This document shows positions 8,460-17,556 of a stretch of 64,000 bases of DNA, one piece after another. Numbering within the stretch: position 1 is the first letter of the stretch; each line of letters starts with the position of its first letter. A program made the position numbers and the translations under genes. The stretch covers positions 14,834 through 78,833 of the forward strand of contig MEOG01000073.1 of NCBI GenBank assembly GCA_001769125.1. The letters are read 5' to 3'. Under the pieces are notes generated by a model. It had not been told where the DNA came from and made no database searches. It saw nothing but the letters and a program-made list of their open reading frames with translations. Source of the DNA: Bacteroidetes bacterium GWF2_35_48 (GTDB lineage: Bacteria > Bacteroidota > Bacteroidia > Bacteroidales > GWF2-35-48).

Positions 8460-9217
8460 TGCCTTACCCCCTCAAAATTAAATTTTAAATTTTCACGCTC
8501 AATATTTTTCGTTTTTAAAACAAATTCTATAAAATTTGAAAACAATTTTATGTCAATAATTTTAAAGGAAATAGGGAAATCAACCAATGTGAAATCTTTT
8601 TCAATTATATAATTTTCATCAAAAATACAAGCCTCAAAAATGGGTTTAGGGAATGAAGTATTTTGTTTAATATAAAAGATAATAAATTTGTTATCATAAA
8701 TTCCAAACGAACAGCTTGCATAATAATTATTAAATTTTTTTTTGCTGTATTGCTTGATGCATTCTCCTTTATTATTAAAAAACTTATAACATAAAGGACT
8801 TGGAAAATATACTGCAAAGCGGCCATCATTGGAAAGACATAAAAAAGATAAGGCTAAGGTTCGAAGTTTATTCTGACGTTCTTTTTCTAATTGTAACAAA
8901 GAGTCTTCTTTGTGATGATAATTAATTATATGTTTGTTAAGTTGATTCCCTTCATTATTGTAAATAATCACATTAGTAATTGAATCGTTTACCTTTGCTT
9001 CTAAAACACCGAGTAGCTTTTTATTGGGGGACAATGCAAGTCGGAACTTTGGTTCATAGGATAAAATCCTACCATTTGGGAAAGTTGCTTTACGTCCAGT
9101 AATATATCCCTTTGGAGCATAAACGTCCTCAATAATAATAATACTATCTGAATTGTTTTGCGAGAATGTAAACTCAACTAAAAAGGTAAGGATAAGTAAT
9201 AATAAAAAGTATTTCAT
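8456..9217 (-). CDS. hypothetical secreted protein
   Basis: 253 aa with a signal peptide (LVEFTFSQ). It overlaps the downstream ORF by 4 nt. No motif recognised. Confidence 0.5.
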   Translation of the reverse strand: MKYFLLLLILTFLVEFTFSQNNSDSIIIIEDVYAPKGYITGRKATFPNGRILSYEPKFRLALSPNKKLLGVLEAKVNDSITNVIIYNNEGNQLNKHIINYHHKEDSLLQLEKERQNKLRTLALSFLCLSNDGRFAVYFPSPLCYKFFNNKGECIKQYSKKKFNNYYASCSFGIYDNKFIIFYIKQNTSFPKPIFEACIFDENYIIEKDFTLVDFPISFKIIDIKLFSNFIEFVLKTKNIERENLKFNFEGVRQ

Positions 9218-9225
9218 ATTTTCAA

Positions 9226-12200
9226 TTATTTGTTTTTATTTTCAATTTGTCTTTTCAACTCATCAATTTGTTTTTGTTGTTCAATAATGTACAAAAACAA
9301 TTCTTCAATTTTCTGCATTTGTATTTTGCTGATTTCGCCTAGGTCTAAGCCATTTTTCAGGATATTTTTTTCAGAGGGAACATCGGGCAGGTGTTTGTTT
9401 TTATTAATAAAAGCTTCAACATCTTTTAGCTCTTTTAATTTATAATCATCATAAAAAACAAAATCGGCAAAATTGTTATTTACAAGCACCCTTTTTGCAT
9501 GGATTGTACCGTTTACATCCAATTTATAGGTAGGATTCCATAGACCTATTCCAACATTGCCTGTGCCGTCTGGTATCAGAAGAATATCCCCTTCATCATA
9601 CTCATTGCATATTACAAAGCTAGTTGAAACAGGATTATCATAAGAAAATCCTGTCCAGGCTCTTCTAGGTGCATTGATACCTTGTGGGTACCATCCAATA
9701 TAAGAATTAGTATATCCTTCTATAATCATTGCTGGGCTTAAGTTATTGTCACCTTTAATATGTAATTTTGCAATCGGATTAGTTGTTCCTATACCAGTAT
9801 ATCCGTTATCTGTAATAGTCAGATAACCATCATGATTTTGTCCGGCATTATCTTTAAACGATAGCATAAAGCCATTTTGATTTGCCGGGTTTGAAAATTT
9901 CCAAACACCATTGTTAGATGTTCTGCCAAATGTAAGCCAATTACCATACCCGCTTTTCAAGCTTAAAACGCCACTTTCAATAGCCGCAATACTACCAATA
10001 GTAACAGTTCCAGTTTCATAAAATAAATTTGTATTGTTTTTCTTCCAAAATCCTGAAAAAGGAATTGATACTCCGTTATTCCAGCCCATAAAATCTGTGC
10101 CGTCCCATGTAATTGAACCATCAGTATGAGTTGTTGAATTCGAAATTTTTATGGCTCCGTTGACTTCGAGTTTCTCGATAGCTGAGTTAACGCCTATTCC
10201 TACATTTCCATTATCTGTTGCCAAAAATGTACTGTGACATGTAATAAAATTACCAGTATTGGTAGCTTCGGGATTACCTCCTACAATAACATTTTTTCCA
10301 CTGTACCAATTTATCAGCAAAGCATCATCTGTAGGCCCATAACAATCCATTATAGCGTGAACACCATTATACCCTATTCGGAGGTAATTTAGAGGGTCGT
10401 TAACTTTGGTAAACCGGGCATCGCCATTTACATCAAGTTTGAGTCGTGTTAAACCACCTACATCGTTTTGTAAATCCCAACCAACTCCGGCATAAGTTTT
10501 CCCAATAGCTACCTTTCCATCATCAGTAAAAGAAATATTTGGTGTTTGATCGGGCAAACCTATTTGCAAGCGATTTTTAAAGCCCTGTCCACCGCCAAAT
10601 GGTTCGATATCCCACATCGAAGTCGTTCCGCCGATAACTTCATTTTCAATGCGCATTGAACCGCTTACCCCTCCTTCATTGTCCGCTGTAGAGAGATCAT
10701 TAACAGTTTTTATATGAAGTTTTTTCAGTGGCGTTTCTGTGCCAATACCAACTTTTCCAGAATTATTACAATAGACATCGTTATTTGCTTTTGACCAAAC
10801 ACTGTTTATCACATTACCCGTTATTGAAATACCTGTTCCTTCAGTAAGTAAATTTTCATCTCGCCAGTCAGGGTTGCCACTACCATCTGTCTTCCATATT
10901 TTGTTTGGATTTCCTTCACCTTGAGTCACAACACCTGCACTATTGAGGGAATTCGTAGCAACTGAAATAACTGGGGCTGTATAATTATTTTCAACAGAAA
11001 TCGGCAACATACCTTGAACATTTGTTACAGAACCAGCAGGTGATGTTGTCCAAGAAGGTGCACTATTGGGTCCATTAGATTTAAGAATTTGCTCCATCGT
11101 CCCGAAACCTAATTCCTGAACTTGTCCATTATTATCTGAATAAAACAGCTTCCAATTACTTGCAGTATGGTCGGTGGCAGAAGTTATCGAATGTGTTTGG
11201 TTATGCAATTGGGAATGAACGTGATTGCCTTCTGCAATAGTACCTGCAACAGAACCAAAATTTGCTGTGAAATTATTGTTGTTTAATAAAAGACCATCAC
11301 TGGCAGAATAGTTCTGAGCAGTTGAACTAATGATAAAATTAGGATAATCCCCGGAAAGAGAAAGCCCTGTTCCTACTGAATAAGAAATATTCTTTTTCCA
11401 TTTTGCATTACCCATATTGTCTGTAGTTAACACATAATTTTGTTGTTCCCCATTTTCCCTAAACCTCAAAGTCCCCTCTACATCTAATTTTGCTGTTGGG
11501 TTCATATCTTGTATACCAATCCCCACATATCCATCCAAAGCATTAATAATAGTATTCTGTCCATTCATGGCTGAATTCGATTGTATCAGTAAGGCTTCAT
11601 CTTTTGTGAAAATTTCATTTGTGCTGCCTTCAAGACCATCACTATTAGATGTTAAATAAATTGTGCCGGAACCAATTTTCAGCGTATCGGAAACATGAAC
11701 AGATGTTAAAACCGTGTTTGCAATATTTAACGAATCTGCTGTAATAATTCCTGCTGTAATGTTTCCGGTAACTGCGGCATCTCCATCAAAAATAGCATTG
11801 CCTGCAACATGCAGTTTGGCTTCAGGGTTTAAAATACCAATACCCACATTACCCATTTCTTTTAAGGTTAAAACAGGATAATCTTCTCCTGCTACGCTAT
11901 TAGTGAACAATAATTTTTTCTGTACCCCGCTTATTGTAACATCCCACCATATAGTACGGTTCAATTCTAAAACCATGTTGTTAATAACTTCATCTTCGAG
12001 CCTTAAAACTGTAGAGCGACGCCCTGGTCCCGGTGGCAAATCAGGATGCACGTAACAATCGGTAATTCCTTTTACATGTAAATGTGTTTGCGGGTTATTA
12101 GTACCCAGCCCATAATATTTGTGAGTGTTGCTAAATAAGCTATACTCATCTTTTTCAACCCATACACTGTTTAATACATTCCCATCAAAAGATAAGCCTG

Positions 12201-12942
12201 TTCCTGCAATTAAATCAAGTGGGGGCAAAGAACCAAATGTGCCGTTTCCATACAGCACAGTTCCTGCATCTCCATTATACTCCAACGCTTGAAAGACTCC
12301 GGTTTCATTAAATGTAACAATTCCATTTCCCATTCCGGCAAAATTTGTATTGCTGATAGCGCCCGTAATAAGACTACCAGACGAAATTGTACCTGTTGTT
12401 TGAATGTTGTTATTAATAAAATCAAGGATTCCGCTTGGCGATACTATTGCCGGAACGCTGATTTGACCGAGTATTGTTGCATTTTGACCAATGTGTAAAC
12501 TATTCAGCGTGCCTGTTCCTGAAATATTCAGGCTTGCTCCTTTAATTCCGGCAGTAGTAATAATATTACTTCCATCAAAATTTACAGTGCCAGTGGGCGA
12601 GAAAATTTTAGCTACAGAAAGACTATTCCCAACAGTAATATTTGCGAGAATATTAAAATTATTAATACGTCCATCGCCTTCCACATCGAACATACACGAG
12701 GGCGCAGCAAGACCAAGACCAAACCAGCCTGTTGCGGTAAATACAGCCCTTTGTGTGTTATTTGTTTTTAAGACTAAAGGTTGGTTGTTTTTTGAGCCCA
12801 GAAAATCGCCGGATGACAGGTTGTTTCCTCCGGTGGCCCATTTATCGCCGCTTTGCGAAAATGCGGACATATTAATGAAGGTGAAAAACAAAGCGAATAA
12901 TATCGCTAAACGAACATGGGGGGGGGTAGCGCAGCTTCTCAT
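9226..12942 (-). CDS. large secreted tail-fibre-like repeat protein
   Basis: Preferred start MRSCATPPHVRLAILFALFFTFINMSAFSQ (signal peptide). Six copies of the G-x-V/T-G-I-G-x3-P-x2-K-L-x-V/I-x-G motif. The conserved C-terminus FADFVFYDDYKLKELKDVEAFINKNKHLPDVPSEK...KIEELFLYIIEQQ is seen in Bacteroidetes proteins usually annotated as tail fibre domain proteins (from memory). Confidence 0.75.
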   Translation of the reverse strand: MRSCATPPHVRLAILFALFFTFINMSAFSQSGDKWATGGNNLSSGDFLGSKNNQPLVLKTNNTQRAVFTATGWFGLGLAAPSCMFDVEGDGRINNFNILANITVGNSLSVAKIFSPTGTVNFDGSNIITTAGIKGASLNISGTGTLNSLHIGQNATILGQISVPAIVSPSGILDFINNNIQTTGTISSGSLITGAISNTNFAGMGNGIVTFNETGVFQALEYNGDAGTVLYGNGTFGSLPPLDLIAGTGLSFDGNVLNSVWVEKDEYSLFSNTHKYYGLGTNNPQTHLHVKGITDCYVHPDLPPGPGRRSTVLRLEDEVINNMVLELNRTIWWDVTISGVQKKLLFTNSVAGEDYPVLTLKEMGNVGIGILNPEAKLHVAGNAIFDGDAAVTGNITAGIITADSLNIANTVLTSVHVSDTLKIGSGTIYLTSNSDGLEGSTNEIFTKDEALLIQSNSAMNGQNTIINALDGYVGIGIQDMNPTAKLDVEGTLRFRENGEQQNYVLTTDNMGNAKWKKNISYSVGTGLSLSGDYPNFIISSTAQNYSASDGLLLNNNNFTANFGSVAGTIAEGNHVHSQLHNQTHSITSATDHTASNWKLFYSDNNGQVQELGFGTMEQILKSNGPNSAPSWTTSPAGSVTNVQGMLPISVENNYTAPVISVATNSLNSAGVVTQGEGNPNKIWKTDGSGNPDWRDENLLTEGTGISITGNVINSVWSKANNDVYCNNSGKVGIGTETPLKKLHIKTVNDLSTADNEGGVSGSMRIENEVIGGTTSMWDIEPFGGGQGFKNRLQIGLPDQTPNISFTDDGKVAIGKTYAGVGWDLQNDVGGLTRLKLDVNGDARFTKVNDPLNYLRIGYNGVHAIMDCYGPTDDALLINWYSGKNVIVGGNPEATNTGNFITCHSTFLATDNGNVGIGVNSAIEKLEVNGAIKISNSTTHTDGSITWDGTDFMGWNNGVSIPFSGFWKKNNTNLFYETGTVTIGSIAAIESGVLSLKSGYGNWLTFGRTSNNGVWKFSNPANQNGFMLSFKDNAGQNHDGYLTITDNGYTGIGTTNPIAKLHIKGDNNLSPAMIIEGYTNSYIGWYPQGINAPRRAWTGFSYDNPVSTSFVICNEYDEGDILLIPDGTGNVGIGLWNPTYKLDVNGTIHAKRVLVNNNFADFVFYDDYKLKELKDVEAFINKNKHLPDVPSEKNILKNGLDLGEISKIQMQKIEELFLYIIEQQKQIDELKRQIENKNK

Positions 12943-13075
12943 AATGTATAATAAATTAAAGTTTATACTTTGTAAAGCCCCAAACTTATAGAAAAAAGTA
13001 TGGAAAAATTGTTTTGGTTTGGGTGAATTTTTCAATTCAACAAATTTTTCTACGAAAAAAAAACAAAAAGGTTAC

Positions 13076-13327
13076 ATCGGTGGCTGTCAGAATGTTCTAT
13101 GCTATCAAGATGCGGAACATCTTGTAATGCTTTTAATCTGCTTAGCGACCTGCTGGATATGCAATTTCAATCCTCAAAAAGTCAGAGAAATTTTTAATCT
13201 GCCGGAACATATCGAACCTGTTGTTTTACTGCCATTAGGTTATCCTCTCGATAAAGCAGATGTTGATCGTCATGATAAAGGAAGAAAAAAAATAGAGGAA
13301 ATTGTTCATTGGGAAAAGTTCAGTTAG
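13076..13327 (+). pseudogene. nitroreductase-family gene remnant (C-terminal ~80 aa only)
   Basis: ...CLATCWICNFNPQKVREIFNLPEHIEPVVLLPLGYPLDKADVDRHDKGRKKIEEIVHWEKFS matches the C-terminal third of nitroreductases (GLGxCWIG..F....V.....P......L.LGYP). Upstream sequence in the same frame is A-rich non-homologous DNA and no N-terminal FMN-binding part is present. Confidence 0.7.
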
Positions 13328-13328
13328 T

Positions 13329-14183
13329 TTACCAGGCAAGCCCCATCCCAAACCGAAAGGGAAAATCTAAAAAGTTGTGAGAAATACCTTTAGTTTCAAA
13401 TTTTACATTTTCAAAGCTGACACTGATATCTGCAAAAGTAAATATAAGTCCTATTTTCCTGATTGGTTTTGATGTGGAAAAGAAACGCAAGCCCCCGTAT
13501 GCTTTTAAGTAAGATGGACTCTCAAGATATGGCTTAAGTCTCTCCCCTTCACCTTTGTATTGAAAACCAAAAGTTTCAAAGAAACCGAATCTGCGCTTGT
13601 CTTTTCCATTAACAAATGCAGTACCTACTTTAAAATAAAAACCCGGTACATTATTAAATTTGAAAGCCAGATCATTATTAAGATTTGTTGATTCAGGCTG
13701 AAAATTAACATAAGACAAAGTCATTCCAAGTGTTACGGGTTCTTTTATTACAAGTCCAAATTGTAAGCCAAAACTTGTTTTGTATAAATTAAAATAATTG
13801 TTATAAACAAAAGACGGAGTTGTATTTAATAAATAGTCTTCAGAAAATGAAAACGAAGAATATTTTACATCCCGTGTAATAGAAAATTCCAGCCCTCTTT
13901 TTTCTTTCGTATTCCAGTATTGATATACTTCAAAATATTTATTTGTTAAAAATCCGCTAAGAGTTTCTTCTTTATATTTTCTGTATTTTTCAGGGTAATC
14001 ATTATTTGTATACATTTTGAGACTTGAGAAAAAAGAAGGGGAAAGGTTAAATAATGCATACCCAAAAGAACTTGAATTTTTATAATGAATAGTTTTGTAG
14101 GGAGCATAATAATCCTGAGGCAAATCTTGCGAAAATGTAGAACCGAAGAGGAATAGGGAAAATATAATTAAAGCTACTCTCAT
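13329..14183 (-). CDS. hypothetical secreted / outer-membrane beta-barrel-like protein
   Basis: 284 aa. Signal peptide, Tyr/Phe-rich strands, C-terminal GMGLAW. ATGA overlap with the upstream ankyrin gene. Confidence 0.45.
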   Translation of the reverse strand: MRVALIIFSLFLFGSTFSQDLPQDYYAPYKTIHYKNSSSFGYALFNLSPSFFSSLKMYTNNDYPEKYRKYKEETLSGFLTNKYFEVYQYWNTKEKRGLEFSITRDVKYSSFSFSEDYLLNTTPSFVYNNYFNLYKTSFGLQFGLVIKEPVTLGMTLSYVNFQPESTNLNNDLAFKFNNVPGFYFKVGTAFVNGKDKRRFGFFETFGFQYKGEGERLKPYLESPSYLKAYGGLRFFSTSKPIRKIGLIFTFADISVSFENVKFETKGISHNFLDFPFRFGMGLAW

Positions 14184-16612
14184 GCTTTTTTCGGAGGTAT
14201 TTTGCCGGTTATTATCAGCGTTTTCATTTCCTTAAACTCTCTTTCTCTTGCAATTTTAAGGGGAGCGCGTTTCCAATTATCTTTAATAGTTTTATTCGCT
14301 TTTTTCTCAAGGAGCAGTGAGGTAATATCCAGCCTGTTTTCTCTTACAGCATAATGAAGAGGCGTCCACCCGAATTCTCCCTGTGCATTAATATTTGCGC
14401 CTAAAGAAATCAGTTCAGCAGTCAAATCTTTATACCCTTTCCAAGCAGCATAATGAAGAGGTGTCCAGAGCTTATTATTCGCAATATTCACATTGGGTTT
14501 TGATGCAAGAATTTTTGAAACAGTACCAAGATCATTCAGAAGTAAAGCATGCATCAGCACTGTATTTCCTTTTTTATTTTTTATGTCGAGAGGAACTTTG
14601 TTCGACAAGAGTAAATCAATTATTGGTTCTGAATAATTATCAATTGCCAGATGCATTAATGAGCCATTTTCTGAAGGTAATTTAAAATCAACGGCAGCAC
14701 CATTTTTAACAAGAAGTTCGGCAGTAGGAACATTTTTCAAATTCACGGCATAATACAAAGGCGAGCAACCCTGATTGTCAATTTCATTTATTGATAATTG
14801 TTTTGCAATAAGGTCGGGCACCAATTCAAAATTTTTAAAATACAGGGAAAGATTGATAAGGTTTCCACCTCCGGTTACAGGCGCATTGAGAGAAGCTCCC
14901 AGTTCAATAAGTTTTCGTGCAACATCATTTGCTTTATTTGTGATAGCAAGCTCCATCAACTTTGTTCCATTTATTGTAGGGGAATTCAGGTTCATTCCTT
15001 TTCCAACAAAGAGATTGAAAATATCTTTCTGATTTTTTTGCACGACAAGCTCGAGAAAGTTTTTGCCATCGTTATTTGCTTCAAGATATATTTCAGGATA
15101 ATAATCCAGAACTAAAGTGGTTTTTTCCGGAGAGCTTAATTCTATCGCGTTATTGAGGATAATTTTAGCCATTGTTTTTAAATGCGCATCCATTTGTTTG
15201 CTTTTTGCAAAGAACAGATTTGTTTCAAGGTTTATACCCTGAGTTACGAGAGCATTTCCTGCTTTATAGGCATTATTGGCAACAGCAAGGTAGAGAAGTG
15301 GAACTCCGTTTGCATCGGTAGATTCAGGATTGATTTTGTAACCGAGTTCAGCCAGTTTCGCCATTGTTTTTTCAGCATCTTTTGTAATCGCGTAATTGTA
15401 ACACTCCTTGATAACAGTAGCAGGCACATTAGAAAGAAGCAGCGCTGTTATTTCTTCCCGATCTGCGTTAATAGCAGCAGCAACGGCAGAATTATTGTTT
15501 TTGTCAACAAGGTCGCTGTGAAATTTTAATTTGTAACTCTTACTGATAAAATCAATGTTGTTATTTTCAATTGCATTAAAGAAATCTTTTGTAAAATAAA
15601 ATTTAACAATTTTTTTCTCTCTAACCAAATCTTTATTGTCAGGCATCAGGTATTGGGCAAAACTGATGTACATATATTTATCAATAATGTCATCTGTCAT
15701 GAATGCAAGAAAAGCATAAGCATCGGGATTGTTTCTGTTCTCAGCCAGAGCTGCTTCTGTAAACTTTTTTGCAGCATCAAGAAATGCCTGATGATTGTAT
15801 TGTTCTTTATAAATTTTGAATTTTCTTTTTGCTGCAACCATATAATCGTTGCTGGGCTTTGAGAAAGAAGAAAACGAATAAACGCGGGGAGGAGGGGTGC
15901 AGCTTGTTTTAATCCAGTCTGCATTTTGCCATGTGTAATTTTTTTCAATTTCAGTTATAATGCAATCGTGAAAAATCAAATAATCTAAATACTTTTTTTC
16001 ATCATTTTCAGCAAAGGATTCTGCTGCTGCAACAAGATATTCTTCTTTTGCTCCCGTATTTTCCTTTATCAGGTCGTCTTTAATCTGGAGCATATTTTTT
16101 TGCATGAACTTTTCGAGTTCTATTTTTGCTTTTTCTTCTTCGGCCTTAATCTTTTTATCTGCATTGTTTTTTGCTATTGCAGCTCCTCCTTTTTCGAAAG
16201 CAAGTTTTACCGCCATATCGGCTAAAGCATTTCCGGTAGAAACATTTGCTTTTTTTGCTAATGCTGCAATTTCATCTGCAAGCTTTTTTGCCATGGCGTC
16301 AATTTCCTGTTTTTTCTTTTCACGCTGCCTGTCTGCTTCGGCTTTGATTTCTTCAATTTTATTTTTGTAGTAACGAATCAGCTCCTCGGGATCTTTTGTT
16401 TTTATTTCAAAATTGGAAATCTGCTGTATGCGGTTTTGGTAAGAAATATTGCTGTTATACATTTGGTAAGCGCCTCCGATCATTTCAGCGCCGGTAATAA
16501 CATTTTTGTTGATACCTAATTTATTGGTAGCATATTCTTTAAGGTCAAATTGAGATAAAACCTTGAGGGGTAAAACTGTAAAAAAGAATAATATTAAAAA
16601 TAATAACTTCAT
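14180..16612 (-). CDS. ankyrin-repeat protein with N-terminal coiled-coil region
   Basis: 810 aa. Signal peptide, K/E/A-rich coiled-coil region, and a C-terminal half with many ANK units (TPLHYAAWKGYKDLTAELISLGANINA, TPLHYAVRENRLDITSLLLEKKAN). Confidence 0.85.
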   Translation of the reverse strand: MKLLFLILFFFTVLPLKVLSQFDLKEYATNKLGINKNVITGAEMIGGAYQMYNSNISYQNRIQQISNFEIKTKDPEELIRYYKNKIEEIKAEADRQREKKKQEIDAMAKKLADEIAALAKKANVSTGNALADMAVKLAFEKGGAAIAKNNADKKIKAEEEKAKIELEKFMQKNMLQIKDDLIKENTGAKEEYLVAAAESFAENDEKKYLDYLIFHDCIITEIEKNYTWQNADWIKTSCTPPPRVYSFSSFSKPSNDYMVAAKRKFKIYKEQYNHQAFLDAAKKFTEAALAENRNNPDAYAFLAFMTDDIIDKYMYISFAQYLMPDNKDLVREKKIVKFYFTKDFFNAIENNNIDFISKSYKLKFHSDLVDKNNNSAVAAAINADREEITALLLSNVPATVIKECYNYAITKDAEKTMAKLAELGYKINPESTDANGVPLLYLAVANNAYKAGNALVTQGINLETNLFFAKSKQMDAHLKTMAKIILNNAIELSSPEKTTLVLDYYPEIYLEANNDGKNFLELVVQKNQKDIFNLFVGKGMNLNSPTINGTKLMELAITNKANDVARKLIELGASLNAPVTGGGNLINLSLYFKNFELVPDLIAKQLSINEIDNQGCSPLYYAVNLKNVPTAELLVKNGAAVDFKLPSENGSLMHLAIDNYSEPIIDLLLSNKVPLDIKNKKGNTVLMHALLLNDLGTVSKILASKPNVNIANNKLWTPLHYAAWKGYKDLTAELISLGANINAQGEFGWTPLHYAVRENRLDITSLLLEKKANKTIKDNWKRAPLKIAREREFKEMKTLIITGKIPPKKA

Positions 16613-16760
16613 TACTGCTTATATATTTGCGACAAAGATAATATTGATTTCTTCTCTATTATTATTATTTATAATTTTTTTATATAAAATAAATCATTTA
16701 ATTTTACGACATCTGTTATTTTGAATGTATCGTAATTTATAGTATTTTTGAAAAAAAAAT

Positions 16761-17351
16761 ATGAAACATTTATTAATCATATTGAGTTTATTTTTTGGAA
16801 CTTATGTTCTGGGGCAGGATATTATTTTTCTTAAAAACGGAGAAGAAATAAAAGCCAAGGTGCTTGAAATATTAACAAATGAGGTAAAGTACAAGAAATT
16901 TTCAAATCTGAAAGGACCAACCTATTCTTTGTTGAAATCTGAGATTTTTAAAATTAAATATCCGAACGGAGATCAGGATGTTTTTAAATCAGAGCCTGCA
17001 AGCGCAAATACTTCAAGCAATACACAGGAAAATCACACAAATGCAAATTCAAATACGAACAATGAAAATTCAAATTCAAATAATGAAACGGCTGTAATTA
17101 ATCCATTATTACCAAATACTTCTGATAATTCCAATGAATCGAATGCTCTGATACAGCAGCAACAAAATGCAACTTTTAAATATCAGGCTTCTTCGAGTTT
17201 TGAAGTTTTACACAGCGAGCTTCAGAAAATAAATTCTTCTGCAAATAAAGATGAAATTTTAAAATTAGTACAACAGCTTGAAGATACCATAACCCGTGAT
17301 GATCTCAAAAAAGCATGGGAAATTCAGGCAGAAATTGATAAGCTGAATTAA
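16761..17351 (+). CDS. hypothetical secreted protein with Asn/Ser-rich low-complexity centre
   Basis: 196 aa with a signal peptide. No motif recognised. Confidence 0.5.
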   Translation: MKHLLIILSLFFGTYVLGQDIIFLKNGEEIKAKVLEILTNEVKYKKFSNLKGPTYSLLKSEIFKIKYPNGDQDVFKSEPASANTSSNTQENHTNANSNTNNENSNSNNETAVINPLLPNTSDNSNESNALIQQQQNATFKYQASSSFEVLHSELQKINSSANKDEILKLVQQLEDTITRDDLKKAWEIQAEIDKLN

Positions 17352-17381
17352 CAGAATATTTTACTCATAATTTGCAATTCA

Positions 17382-17461
17382 CAGTCGGGCAGTCTGAGAA
17401 GTCGTCAGTCAGGCAGTCAGGCAGTCAGGCAGTCGGCAGTCGGCAATCGGCAGTCGGCAAT
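17382..17461. repeat. short tandem array built on GGCAGTC (8-mer GCAGTCAG x3, then 7-mer GCAGTCG x4)
   Basis: Read directly: ...CAGTCAGGCAGTCAGGCAGTCAGGCAGTCGGCAGTCGGCAATCGGCAGTCGGCAA. It lies about 95 bp upstream of the S46 peptidase start. Confidence 0.9.
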
Positions 17462-17556
17462 TCCTAATTAAACAATCTTAATTCTTAAACATAAAAGCCA
17501 TTTTTTTACTTGTATTTATTACATTTTTTTTTAGGTTTGCAATAAAACTTTTTACC

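Noticed and set aside
12491-12991. 166-aa plus-strand ORF and many similar antisense ORFs inside long genes (e.g. 23731-24174, 32503-32868, 48135-48569, 50254-50631, 55453-55770, 30441-30830)
   Set aside because: Each lies fully antisense to a gene with strong motif support and has low-complexity or Cys/Phe/Ser-rich composition and no recognisable motif. These are typical shadow ORFs.
9226-13035. Prophage or tailocin, based on the tail-fibre-like gene
   Set aside because: No capsid, portal, terminase, sheath, baseplate, integrase or lysis genes are in the neighbourhood. The protein has a Sec signal peptide. Its neighbours are T9SS hydrolases.
13019-13075. The first 19 codons of ORF 13019-13327 as the genuine N-terminus of a short nitroreductase
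   Set aside because: A TTG start is followed by A-rich, non-homologous sequence (STNFSTKKKQK). A 102-aa product would lack the FMN-binding N-terminal two-thirds of the fold. The ORF is treated as a gene remnant.
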